Shown piece after piece: positions 12,659 through 24,117 of a stretch of 64,000 nt of DNA. A program made the position numbers and the translations under genes. The DNA comes from Gekko japonicus (Eukaryota). The DNA lies in the NCBI RefSeq assembly GCF_001447785.1, contig NW_015175977.1, positions 966,984-1,030,983 on the forward strand, in the 5' to 3' direction. Within the stretch, counting starts at the first letter, position 1; each line of letters begins with the position of its first letter. The notes beneath the pieces were generated by a model, which saw only the letters and a program-made list of their open reading frames with translations, was not told the DNA's origin and did no database searches.

Positions 12659-13760
12659 TAGGGCTGCCAAATACCCCCGGGGGGCGGAATTCCCCCCGCT
12701 TTGGAGCCCCGATTTCAGCCCCCACGGAATCGGGGCCTGGGAGAAACCCCACCCCCGCATGCACGTCACTTCCCTGTGATGTCATCACGCTGGGGCGGGG
12801 CACAGCCATTTGAGGGGAAAACATACGAGTTGCGCACCAGGAGGCAACACAAAGTCCCCCGCCGGCACAGGTGGCGGCTCCCGCCAGGCCCATCAAACCT
12901 TTTCCCCCACCCCACCCCCAGCACCAATGGCGAGGCCCACGTGGCTTCCAGCCATCGGGCTTGGCAAGCTTTCTCCCCCCCCCTGGCGACGGTGAGGCCT
13001 GAGTGGCCAGCCAGCCCACCAAGCCTTCTCTTGCCTCCCCCTTCCACCAGCCCTCCAAGGTTTCTCCCACCACCGCAGCTGCCAGCAGCAATGGCGGTGA
13101 GCCCTGGGCAGGTCCCAGCTGTCGGGCTCCCCCCCCACAGCAACAATATCCGTGGCTCTAGCCACCAGCCCCCCAAAGCTTCTCCCTCCCTCCTATTCCC
13201 ACCGCTGCTGCCAGCAGCAATGGTGGCAAGCCTTGCGCGGCTCCTAGCCACCAGGCCATGCCAGGCTCCCCTCCTCCCAGCAACGACCATGGCTCCCAGC
13301 TGCAGTCGGGCTCCTCCCCTGACAGCAACAATGTCTGTGGCTGTAGCCACCAGCCCCCCAAGGCTTCTCCCTCCCTCCTGTCCCCCCCGCCGCTGCCAGC
13401 AGCAACGGCGGCAAGACTTGCGTGGCTCCTAGCCGCCAGGCCATGCCAGGCTCCCCTCCCCCCAGCAATGACCGTGGCTCCCAGCTGTGGTGTGCCAAAG
13501 TTTCTCCCCCGCGCGCCACTGCCACCAGCAGCAACGGCTCTGCTACAGTGCCTAGTGGTAAGTGCGTTCCCTGCGCATGCGCAGGGAATGCTCTTTTACT
13601 TTTGGGGGGATTTAAGTATCCCCCCTATAGTTTTTTCAACTTTTCAGATTTTTCTGCACATCTGGGGATTGCCCCAAATGTGCAGGAAAATCTCCCTGCC
13701 CCCCAGGTGCCCCCAATGTGCGGATTTAGATATCCACACGCAGGGGACGCCTTGGCTATT
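12659..13760. mobile_element. GC-rich non-autonomous hAT-like element with internal ~185-bp tandem repeats
   Basis: Starts TAGGGCTGCCAA; internal unit GCCACCAGCCCCCCAA...GGCTCCCAGCTG recurs at 13161 and 13346, with a partial copy at about 13043; right end approximate. Confidence 0.6.
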
Positions 13761-14835
13761 AGATATATAGATATTACCTTAAGCACCATACTGACTTGAT
13801 AATCAGATACATTTTCTTCTTTATTTAAGTGTAGCAAAACACTTTGTTTTCCTTGGAATGTGGATTAATAGGCATTCATGACATCCAAAAAAAGAGGGGA
13901 AAAGAAAATGTCACAGGAGTTATTGTGCAGTTGAGACCAGCTGAGACCAAAAAGCACTTGAAGATGATTCCTTAATTTCTGTGGGAAGCGGTGTAACATT
14001 TTGTCACATAACCACCTCAACCCCAGTCATGAGCATGGAAGTCAGCAGCATACAAGAAGGACTTCCCAGTTGCAGAGTATGTATGGCTGGGTCAAACAGG
14101 GATGCCAACTGTAGCAATGAGATCTGCACAATCAAACTGCACAAAAAAGCAATTTTGCATTCCTTGTGAGTGAAACTGAGGACAAGGTTTTTAAACCACA
14201 ATAATTAAAAATTGCTAAGCCTTTTAGGAGTTCAGATAAAATTGCTCCAGAATCTACATCTGCCCCTAGGCCACTTGATGACTGTTTTGACTTTAGAGGA
14301 AGAGGCTAGATGATTGAGATTTATCCTGATATCTCTCAGAATGTTATGCTCATAAAGATCTACTTTTTTAGCTCCATTATGCCATGTGGGGAATCTTTCC
14401 AGGGGTCTGGAGAGGCTAATTTTAAAACTACTGTCATCAAAATTATGGTGGAACTGCTGGTGCCTGTCCTTTAAATAACTCCCACATTTCAAGTGAATTT
14501 GACTGAGAAGTCCAATTCTATGGGCTCCTGAACAAGGTGTCCCCCAGCCATCCTCCTCTGATACCTAGAGGGAAACAAATGTAAATCCCAAAAGTCCACC
14601 GACATACAGCCTGGGAATTGCCTGAGCCAAACTGAATAGGAATAGTGTTACAAGCCATCAAGTCGCTTTCTATGAATGAATGACCTCCAAAACGTCCTAT
14701 CATTAACAGCCTTCCTCAGATCCTGCAAACTGAGAGCCATGGCTTCCTTGATTGAGTCAATCCATCTCATGGTTTCCTGCTGCCATCAATTTTTCGCAGT
14801 GTTATTGTCTTTTCCAGTGACTCTTGTCTTTCCAT

Positions 14836-15184
14836 AAAGGTAAAGGTTCCCTTGCTCGAAAGCCAGTCGAATCCAACTCTAGGGTTGTGGTGCTCATCTC
14901 CATTTCAAAGCCGAAGAGCCAGCGCTGTCCGAAGACGTTTCCGTGGTCATGTGGCTGGCATGACTAAACACCAAGGCGCACGGAACGCTGTTACCTTCCC
15001 ACTGAAGTGGTACCTATTTATCTACTTGCAATTTCTTGCTTTCGAACTGCTAGGTTGGCAGGAGCTGGAACTAGAGACAGGAGCTCACTCCGTCATGCGG
15101 CACACTCCGGTCTCGAACGGCTGAACTACCGACCTTCCACAGCCTGCAGTTCAGCGTCTTAACCACTTGAGCCACCGCAGCTCC
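14836..15184 (-). mobile_element. Sauria SINE (near full length)
   Basis: (ACCTTT)n tail (AAAGGTAAAGGT on +), conserved CCGTGGTCATGTGGCTGGCATGACT core and tRNA-like head GCGGTGGCTCAAGTGGTTAAGAC. Confidence 0.85.
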
Positions 15185-15623
15185 TATAAATACATTTACA
15201 ATTGGATTAAAACCATTAAAAAAAAAAACAAATTTAGCTTCTAAAGAAAGTTCAGGCTTGATTTGATCTAGAACCCTCTCATTTGTCCTTTTTAGCTGTC
15301 CACGATATCCATAAAACTCTCCTCCAACCCCACACTTCAAATGAATCAACTTTCTTCCCGAGAGCTTTCTTCATTGTTCAGCTTTCACGCCTATACATAA
15401 TAACAAATCCTTACACTAAAGAATCTTTCCTAGCACCTTCATGGCTGCCCTCCTCAATCTCCTCCTGATTTCTTCGTTGCAGTGTCCCTTTTGGTTGATG
15501 ATGGAGCCAAGGAATAGAAAATCTTGAACAATTTCAGTTTCTTCATTGTCAACCTTAAAGTTGTGTAATTCCACAGTAGTCATTGCCTTTGTCTTCTTGA
15601 TGTTCAGCTGTAATCCTACCTTG

Positions 15624-16065
15624 TGTCAGGATCAACAGCATGCAAAACTCCACACACGTTCCAAGGAATTGTTATGCTTTATTAGTCTACAGGTCTGTTG
15701 CCATCTTATACAGGTACATTGTTAGGAATAACTGAAGGCTGAGGCATCAATACATATACCATAATGCTGCAATGGGCTAAGCAAATGAAATGCAAGCGTG
15801 TGAAAAATCTCCCGGCGGGATATTACTTCATGAACGGGAGACTCTCCGTGCACCATGAGAGCAGAAATATTCACACCGACAGTGGAATGCAAGCCCTCTC
15901 TTCTCCTCAAGGTTATGCAGATAGCACAGTCTGGTGAAGCCAGTTTGCACGGTCTCATGAGCGCCTCCTGATAGTTGTTTACAGTGGTTAAGCCAAGCAA
16001 GCATGCACACATGTGCTACAGACAGGGAAGAACGAAAACAAGGAAAGCATGGCAGCTAGCTGACA
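15624..16065 (-). mobile_element. Solo LTR (Gypsy-type), 442 bp
   Basis: TGTCAG...CTGACA inverted termini, 5-bp TSD CCTTG (15619-23 and 16066-70), AATAAA on the minus strand at about 15680. Confidence 0.85.
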
Positions 16066-16644
16066 CCTTGGCACTTACTGCTTTAACCTTCATCAGTAGT
16101 TGTTTCAAGTCTTCAATGTTTTCTACCAGTAATGTTGTGACAACAGCATACCTCAAATTGTTAATGTTCTCTCCACTAATTTTCACTTCTTCATCTAAAT
16201 CTAATCCAGCATTCCTTAAAATATGTTCTGCATGGAAACAGAGGAGTTAGGGAGATAAAATAAATTGTTTGACACTGTTGCCAGTAGGCCAATTGGCCTA
16301 GCAAATGTAAAAATAGATATCCAGCCAATGTACAACCTGAGACGCTACAGTGATGTCAAACTTGAAAATCCACACCAATGTATAACCTGAGAACACCCAA
16401 GCCAACCCAAATAGCAATGCTGTTGCAAGCCTAGCAAATGTAAAATCAGAAAATCCACCCAATGTACATCCTGTGAATCTACGGTTATGTCAAACCTGAG
16501 AAACCACCACAAAAAGCAAACTTGACATGCAGCAACCTGAGCAAAGCGCACAACTTTGCAAAGTCAACAAAAACAGTTTAAAATGGTATAATCTAAGACA
16601 AATAACCTAACAAGTTGATACCAAGCCCGGGAAGGCATAGACAC

Positions 16645-17747
16645 TAGGGGTGTGCATTTGGTAAAGCCGAACAGAAAACCTCCCCGAAAAATTCCTTTGG
16701 GGCATTTTTTGAGCATTCGGCAAGCTGAATCAGAATCTCTGATCTGATTCAGCTGCCGAATACAGAATGCTGAATAAAAGCTGGAACTATTTGGCTTTTA
16801 TTCAGCATTATTTGGCATTGCCAAATACAGGCTCAGGGGGGTTAAACTTTAAAGGCTGCACTTCTCTTTCCCACCATTTCTGTGTCTTTCCTGCCCTTTG
16901 CTCTGCTTTCCAGAAGGGAGGGGGAAGAGGGACCTTACAGCCAATCACTGCAATGCATTTGCAAATGGTATTGCAGCTTGCAAGGCTGTTGTTGCTGCTG
17001 GCTTCAAACTTGAAGCCCAACTACTAGCTTGCTTTCCCAGGGGCAGAAGGGGGGAGGAGCCAATAGAATTACAGGTAAGGGTGAGCACACTGCTCTTTGG
17101 CCAATCTCAAAACTTTGTTCTTTTTTGAAATTTTTCCGTGTATTGTTGTGATGATTCTGTGCTCAAGTTGACATCAGTCCTCCTGTTGAGCTGGGATTTG
17201 CCACAATGGTCAGCTAGTAGGTTGGCACTGGGTTCTGCTGCTTGACACTAGCAATAGAACATTGCACTGGTTCTGCTGCTGGTCTTGCAAACATGCCCCC
17301 TCACACCACACCTCACAGTTTCTACTGCAGAGATTCTCTGGGAGAAACTGCTGGACTGTTGTTTTATCTGCCTGCCTTTTGAAACAATAGAGGATGGGGG
17401 CACCTTCTTTGGCTGCCCCTAGAATTGCATCCCCTGGTCCAAATGTTTCCAAACTTGGGAGTTCTTTTGGGGAGCTCCAGCAGCTACAGTACAAATTTGG
17501 TGTTTCTACCTCAACCCCCCTCCCCCCCAGCACACTGAATATTCCTTAGGAGATTTTGCCATTGAATACAATGACCCCATAGGATATAATGGAACCAACC
17601 CCCAACCACCACCACCCCCATATTCCTGAATCTGGATACCAATACATTACCAGTATTAGTATTTGGGTATATTTGAGAATACAAAAAAAACCAGTTTCAT
17701 TATACCTGAATCTTTAAAATACTGAATTTTTCCCCTGCACTCCCCTA
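16645..17747. mobile_element. Non-autonomous hAT element (TAGGGGTGTGCA TIR)
   Basis: TAGGGGTGTGCA ... TGCACTCCCCTA termini with flanking direct repeat TAGACAC(T). Confidence 0.75.
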
Positions 17748-18086
17748 GACACTCGGGGGGGGGGAGAAAACAAGAAAACACCATCCTGGGAGCCTTCCAA
17801 TGCTGTCTCCTAATACTCCTGTTTAATCCTGAATGTTTCCAGGATTTTTCAGGACCCATTTCCTGGTATCCTGAAAAATCCCAAATACCATCCAGAGACT
17901 TGAATATATTTTTTAAAAAACACCAATAAAGCACTTCCATTTATGAAAAAAATGATATCATAAACTCTTAATACTCAAATTCCAGATGAATGTAAACAGG
18001 AATGAGGAATATACAAATGTAAAATGAAACAAGTATTGTTTCCATGGCGACAAGTAACCCTTGAATATAACCTGACTGCCTGAGTA

Positions 18087-18089
<3 letters not shown>

Positions 18090-18126
<37 letters not shown>

Positions 18127-18134
18127 GTCATCAT
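18090..18134. repeat. (ATC)n microsatellite
   Basis: About 15 ATC units, one interrupted. Confidence 0.95.
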
Positions 18135-18933
18135 TTGTATCTTCATGATGTACACAAGCATATCATCCTTTTGGAAACTTTGGCAATTTGTTGACTCAAA
18201 CACATTGTTCTTTTCCACTCAGTTACAAATTCATTCCTTTTGAAATTAACCTGTTGACAACAAAAGTCGTAAAGGTTTCAGCCTGTCTGGAAGTCTAGGA
18301 ACAGATTTGCTGAAAGTGTAAAATTACTTACTGATTATAGCCCACTCGTGGTGTTTTACACTTTAGTCACCATTCTTTACTGTGACATCCTGCTGACACG
18401 TCCACAGATTACTGTGCAGCTGTCAGGCATAGGGGACTTGACAAATTAGCAGGTGGAACTTTATTACTCATTCTGTCTCATGGGAAGCTTCCCTCTGCTG
18501 TAAAAACTTACCCTTCAATGAACCCTTTTTTTCATTTTAGAACCATTTGTTAGGAGATGAACTGAATATTTGCTTTTATGAATTTGTGCTTGCTGACACA
18601 CACTCACTTTCATGGACTGTCTATAAATCCCTATGGGATTGGGAAAGCTGTTTGCATTGCATGCTGTGACTGCTTCATCTGGAGAGTATCTTGCCTGTAG
18701 TTTATGCAAATGGAGCTTGCACTCACACAGCCCAGCCTGAGGAAGAAGAATACATCGCCATTGTGATCAGCACAAAACAACAACTTTTATGGCTTCAACC
18801 ACCATGAATGAACTGTAAGGAAACACATAACCCTGATATCTGGTTTGCATCTGAAGAGACAGTTTCCTGCCAAATGGTCACTTTATGGCTTGGGACCAAG
18901 CCAGAGTCATCTACACTTCAATGGTTGCCCTGG

Positions 18934-19162
18934 TACCCATCTTCACACCTTGACCAGATGCATCCCTTGAGTTAAAGGTTAAGATTTCAATATTGCCCAC
19001 TCCTTCTAGGTAGGCACGTCATTACCTTCTAGGTAGGCACGTCATTACCTTCTAGGTAGGCACGTCATTACCCATCTTCACACCTTGACCAGATGCATCC
19101 CTTGAGTTAAAGGTTAAGATTTCAATATTGCCCACTCCTTCTAGGTAGGCACGTCATTACCT
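18934..19162. repeat. Tandem duplication (135-bp period containing three 23-bp units) abutting an assembly gap
   Basis: TACCCATCTTCACACC... at 18934 and 19069; CCTTCTAGGTAGGCACGTCATTA three times at 19002-19070. Confidence 0.85.
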
Positions 19163-20689
19163 NNNNNNNNNNNNNNNNNNNNNNNNNNNNNNNNNNNNNN
19201 NNNNNNNNNNNNNNNNNNNNNNNNNNNNNNNNNNNNNNNNNNNNNNNNNNNNNNNNNNNNNNNNNNNNNNNNNNNNNNNNNNNNNNNNNNNNNNNNNNNN
19301 NNNNNNNNNNNNNNNNNNNNNNNNNNNNNNNNNNNNNNNNNNNNNNNNNNNNNNNNNNNNNNNNNNNNNNNNNNNNNNNNNNNNNNNNNNNNNNNNNNNN
19401 NNNNNNNNNNNNNNNNNNNNNNNNNNNNNNNNNNNNNNNNNNNNNNCTCCCCATCCTTTAGTATAAAAGTGACTATTTCCTATTCCTGTACTTCTGCGGA
19501 ACTTGTATGATTGTGTGTGTGACTCTGTTTTTGTATGTATGTGAACTAAATATTATTACTCAGTAAAAAGAACAATTTGATTTTAAGATATCAGCTTTGT
19601 CTCCATTTATATCACTGGGAAATTCCTCAGGGTGGCATTGGACTTCTGTATACACAGGCAAGGACCCCAAAATATTTAGTCTGGCCTGTAGTAAATAAGG
19701 CAGTTTGGCTAACACATTCTAATCTTTTTTTGGGGGGGGGGGTTATTTTTATTTGCAATTCATCCTTTCAGTGTATCAGATGGCTCTCTGTCAAGGAATC
19801 CAAAGCCCAAACCCCAGGGTCCCCAGGGCTGTTGCACAGAAGTAACCAAACCGTTGTATATTTTAAAAAATAATTATGAAGTTTTATTTAAATTCTGACA
19901 AAAATAGAGATTTATTCTACAGGCAACACATTACTCTAAAATCATACAGCAAAAAGCAAGAAAACTAATTTAACTAACACTTTTCAGGACTTGTGTTAGA
20001 CGGCATAAACCTTAAATCGAAGAGCCAAAGACAAAGAAAGCTCAGGCATTCTCTACTTTGCTAGAAATTGCAATTCAAGCAGGCCCAGGCCTTTAGTGCA
20101 TCAGGATCCAAGCTAGTTTCTCTTCTTCAGGGCCTTTGCTCAATTATAACTTTTTGGCCAAGCAGCATCAGGTGATGATAACAGCCAATCAGGGCACATT
20201 CTTGGTGGAATCCTCTAGAAAATTACCTCATCACTCCTGATACACAAATCTGCCTGCGTGCTCCCGTTGCTGAATTGGAAACACACAGTCAGAGTCCAAC
20301 AAGTTAGATGAATATCTGTTTAATGCATTGAAACAGGGAATACAGGGCTGAGTGCCTTAGCAATTCAGCAATTCCAAAGCGGTATTCTGCCATAACCAGG
20401 AAGGGCAAAAGTTCTTATACCCCAAATGACATCACATATAGTTTACCCATTAAAGAATCTCTAATTGGTACCAAGCAGTTAACACCATACAAGCATAATT
20501 TGACTTTAAACCTTACTATTGGTCATGTATGTCAGTGATTGCATTTGTTTATCTGCTCTTTAGAGAAATGGGAACATTAGAGAACACTGAGATCCTTTCT
20601 GACCTTAGCGAAGCCAGTCCCGCTTTCCCTTGTTTTTGGGGAGCTGGGTGATAAGGGTTGTGATTCACATTTAACTTGAATACGCATTC

Positions 20690-22020
20690 CATTTCTGTTG
20701 CATCCTAATTCCACCTACAGCACCTTGATTCGTCCCTTCGTCACCAAGTGCAACCCCCCTGAACCTGAACGCCTCATCTGGACCCCTGAAGAGCTTGCAG
20801 CATGGAAAAGACCAAGATTGCCTTGATGAGTGTCCCAACTCTCAGACTCCCAGACCTGCGAAAACACTTTCAGCTCTTTTTATATGAGCAGGAGGGACAC
20901 ATTAGTGCTGACTCAGTATTTTGGATCTATGCTCTGCCCCATTGCATACCTATCCAAACAGATTGACACCACCGCAAAAGAGTGACCTGCCTGCATGCAT
21001 GCAATTGCTGCTACCATGAAAGAAGCCTGGAAACTGACCCTCAAGTGGGGCATGCACGCTTATTGCCACCACTCCATTGCCTCTTCACTCCAACAGCGAG
21101 GAGCAAAGTGGCTCACTGTCAGCTATGCTGCCATGAAGATGGGGGAGTTCAGTCTGTGTATTTCATTTCAGCCTCCTGATGAGAGATTCGGGTTCCAGCC
21201 CCTGGCGTCCATCAAAACCGGTGCCCCCTCCTATCATGATTGAGGGCGAGGAACATTATGAGATATCTAAGATCCTGGACTCTAAGATTAAACGGGGAAA
21301 GTTGATGTATTTGATTGAATGGGTGGATTTCAGACCCCAGCACCTCGAATGGGTGGAAGTAGGGGATATTTGGGCCCCTGGACTGTTACGACAGTTCCAT
21401 CGCGACTTCCCAGACAAACCGGGAGACCTCCCAGAATGGTCGGGAGAAGCTGATTTTAGAGAGGGCAGTATATCAGCTATGCTGCCATGAAGATGGGGGA
21501 GCTCAGTCTGTGTCTGGTTAATTGCTACTGCATTCCTTTCTGTGCTTTTCTGCTTTGCGCCGAAGCGCATATCTATACAGATGTGCAGGAGGGAGTTGTA
21601 TTGTCTGGATTTTTCCTAGGTGCCGTGGGAGAGTGTTGGTTCTCAGCTTTAGCTACCTAACGGTCTCCAAGCTTTATCCCGCACGCGGGAGGGTGCCTAA
21701 TTGGCCAAGGCTGTGGAGGGGTGTGCATATGAATACCCTATATCCTATTATGCCCATGGGGCTACCGCCATTCTTAACAGTGCCTATGTTACTGCATCTA
21801 TAGCTCTGCAATAAAAGTATTACCGTTCTTGAATGTGTGTACTTCGTTGTTGGCTGTGGGTTCTGACACTCACCCAGTCTCGCCTTGCCAAGTATGAAGC
21901 CTTACTCCCGGGACCTGAAGACATCACGTTTGAAGCATGCAACTGGCTCAACTCTGCCATGCTCCTCCCAATCCCAGATGAAACCCTGGAACATGACTGC
22001 GTGGCACATACTGATCAGCA
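20690..22020 (+). pseudogene. Decayed class-I (gamma/epsilon-like) endogenous retrovirus pol fragment (RT thumb/connection), split by a Gypsy insertion
   Basis: Reads LIWTPEELAAW..ALMSVPTLRLPDLRKHFQLFLYEQEG...PIAYLSKQIDTTAKE*PACMHAIAAT..KEAWKLTL...KWLT|QSRLAKYEALL...LNSAMLLP...HDC, with stops and frameshifts. Confidence 0.85.
21117..21868 (+). mobile_element. Internally deleted chromoviral Gypsy LTR retrotransposon (43-bp 5' LTR stub, integrase chromodomain, PPT, 398-bp 3' LTR)
   Basis: TSD CTCAC (21112-16 and 21869-73); LTR start repeated at 21117 and 21471; ORF 21179-21490 encodes the chromodomain YEISKILDSKIKRGKLMYLIEWVDF..EWV..APGLLRQFHRDFPDKP; purine tract 21458-21468. Confidence 0.9.
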
Positions 22021-22709
22021 GACCACCAACCACACCAACTGAACCTGCCGCACCCTCAACTGCTTCATCTTCTGCAGCCACTACACTCCTGATTCTCCCC
22101 TTCCCATCCTGTGGGCCACAGATTCTTATGAGAAGATAATTGCCACATTTCTTGAAGGTGATAAGGGCTGCATAGGTCAAGAGATCAATCAGTAACGTCT
22201 GTAGGATGGAACAAGCTCATTACCGTTCACATTAACCCTTGAGGGGAGGTCAGGGGTGCTTTGCCTCACAACCTCTTTCATGTGACAACATTTCAAAATT
22301 CATTGCATCTCAATGTTTTGGAACTGTGGCTTTTGTGACATTTTACCCAGGTTCTCTGCCATCTGTCCCACATCACATTCCAGATAGACTGCACTTACTT
22401 TTGCATTTTTTCCTTCTCAAGTGAGTTAGAAAAACCATTGCATAGCACTGGCAGTAGCCTTAAAGCTTCCATGAAAAAAGCCAAACAATAGTAGCCTAAA
22501 AGCCATTTATTAGGACCAATGGAAACATCACAAAGCAAGCTTTCAAGTTCATCAGAACTTTTCATCAGGCTGTATTATGTCAAGCAAAAACAGACCCAGA
22601 AACAAAGGTTGTGGGCATACTTGCTAGGTTATGAGCTTCATAGAAAAGCCCCAGTCTGCAATTTGCAAGAGCTTCCTAAGATATACATGGGTTCCCAAAT
22701 GGGCCAAAT

Positions 22710-23434
22710 AATTTTTATTTATTTATTTATTTATTTAACTTTCCATTTGCTATACCGCCCTAACCCCTAGGGGTCTCTGGGCGGTTTACATTTGTCGTGG
22801 TTCTAATAACCGTTCTTCCCTAACTTGGGCCACACACATGATAGGGGTGGGGAAGCCTACCAGCACCCTAGTTGGAGGGCCTCGTTGTTTCTCCGGCGCG
22901 GCTTGTTTCTTCCCGGCAATCTCTCCTGGCACTCCTCCCAGCGACTGCCGACCGGTGGGACTGCGCAGGCGCCTGATTCCACGCCTGCTTCCTGGTTCAA
23001 GGCTCAGTCCGATCAGGCTCTGCCTCGCCCGGCGCCACGCATCATCGGGCGCCCCTCAGTCTCTCGCCTCCATCGCCGCTGGTTGCATGATGGTCTGTTC
23101 GCCGCCAGGGATCGCTCCGTTCGTGCTGCAGCCGCCGCATCGCCATTTCCTCCGCCGCCAGATGCTCTGTTGCCGCCATTGCCACTGATGACTCAGCTGT
23201 TGCTTACGCCATCTCCACGCTCCACGCTCCACGCTCCTCGTCAGAGGTGGGTGCCCCCTACCCATTCGCTTACTTGCATAGCTGTTTTAACTGCTTTCGG
23301 CCCGCTGGGTTGGCGGGAGCTGGGACTGGGGGCTGGGAGCTCACTCCGGCCACGGTGGGGATTCGAACAGCCATTGTGGCTGTTCACTATTAATGTTACT
23401 TTGCAAGCGTTGTACTGCCTGCGCCACCGCTCCC
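22710..23434 (-). mobile_element. Composite retroposon: Sauria-like tRNA head, CpG-rich body and L2-type tail
   Basis: Minus strand GGGAGCGGTGGCGCAG...GTTCGAATCCC...GTGAGCTCCC..CCCAGCTCCCGCCAACC..GAAAGCA..TGCAAGTA; ends GTAAACCGCCCAGAGACC...GGGCGGTATAG...(AAAT)n. Confidence 0.65.
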
Positions 23435-23911
23435 AGGGTACCCCAGGGCCAGAAAATGGTGCAGGGGGGAGGCTGAAACCCCTCTCCCCCATGTGCTGTG
23501 ATTCTAGTTCACAAAGGGCACCACACACCATGGTGATGGAGAAGAACTCACAACTCACATCAGACTTACACTGTTAGAGTAAGGACCCTGGACCCATCCT
23601 TGTGTATGGTATATTGTGTACATTTGGCCTACTAAGACTAAAAAATTTTATTCCGGCATAAATTTCTGCAGACTAGAGCCAACTTCTTCAGATGCAATGA
23701 GTGGACTGTCACTATGTGGTCATATATATAGGAATTATGATTTAAAAACACACACACACACAGGGTTAAGGGGCCCTGAAATTTAGGAACTACAGGATAT
23801 AATGTATTATGGAACAATCAGATCTAATCCTGAAAAATACAGAGACCATTCAGCAGTTACACTAGACTAGACTAATTATAATGAGTGGGAAATCCCAGGT
23901 TTTACAAAAAT

Positions 23912-24117
23912 ACACATGAAGCTGCTTTATACTGAATTAGACCATTGGTCCATCAAGGTCAGTATTGTCTACTGAGACTGGCAATGGCTCTCCAGAGTCT
24001 CAGGCAGAGGTCTTTCACATTACCTACTACCTGGTTTTGTTAGCTGGCGATGCCAGGGATTGAACCTGGGACCTTCTGCATGCAAGGCAGAGGCTCTTCC
24101 ACTGAGCCCTAGCCCCT
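23912..24117 (-). mobile_element. tRNA-derived SINE (Squam2-like), full length
   Basis: Minus strand A box GGCTCAGTGG, B box GGTTCAATCCC, body GATGTGAAAGACCTCTGCCTGAGAC and tail GCAGCTTCATGTGT. Confidence 0.85.

Larger units (their letters stand above)
14650..16250 (-). mobile_element. RTE/BovB-like LINE 3' portion interrupted by a Sauria SINE and a solo LTR
   Basis: Minus strand reads RTE ORF C-terminal motifs (WIDSIKEAMALSLQDLRKAVNDRTFW; RVLDQIKPELSLEAK; NNLRYA-like RT motif at about 16150). Confidence 0.8.

Noticed and set aside
12525-13799. Multiple overlapping 125-243 aa Pro/Ala/Gly-rich ORFs
   Set aside because: By-product of GC-rich tandem repeats inside a transposon; no domain similarity or splice structure
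17958-18218. Poly-methionine ORF
   Set aside because: Translation of the (ATC)n microsatellite
19002-19070. 23-bp direct repeats as a CRISPR-like array
   Set aside because: Head-to-tail with no spacers, vertebrate context, no cas genes
22825-23577. 250-aa + strand ORF
   Set aside because: Antisense reading of the GC-rich composite retroposon; non-ATG start; no recognisable protein
24040-24117. tRNA-like A/B box sequence as a tRNA gene (also about 15130-15184 and 45140-45195)
   Set aside because: These are SINE heads followed by SINE bodies and tails, not cloverleaf tRNA genes
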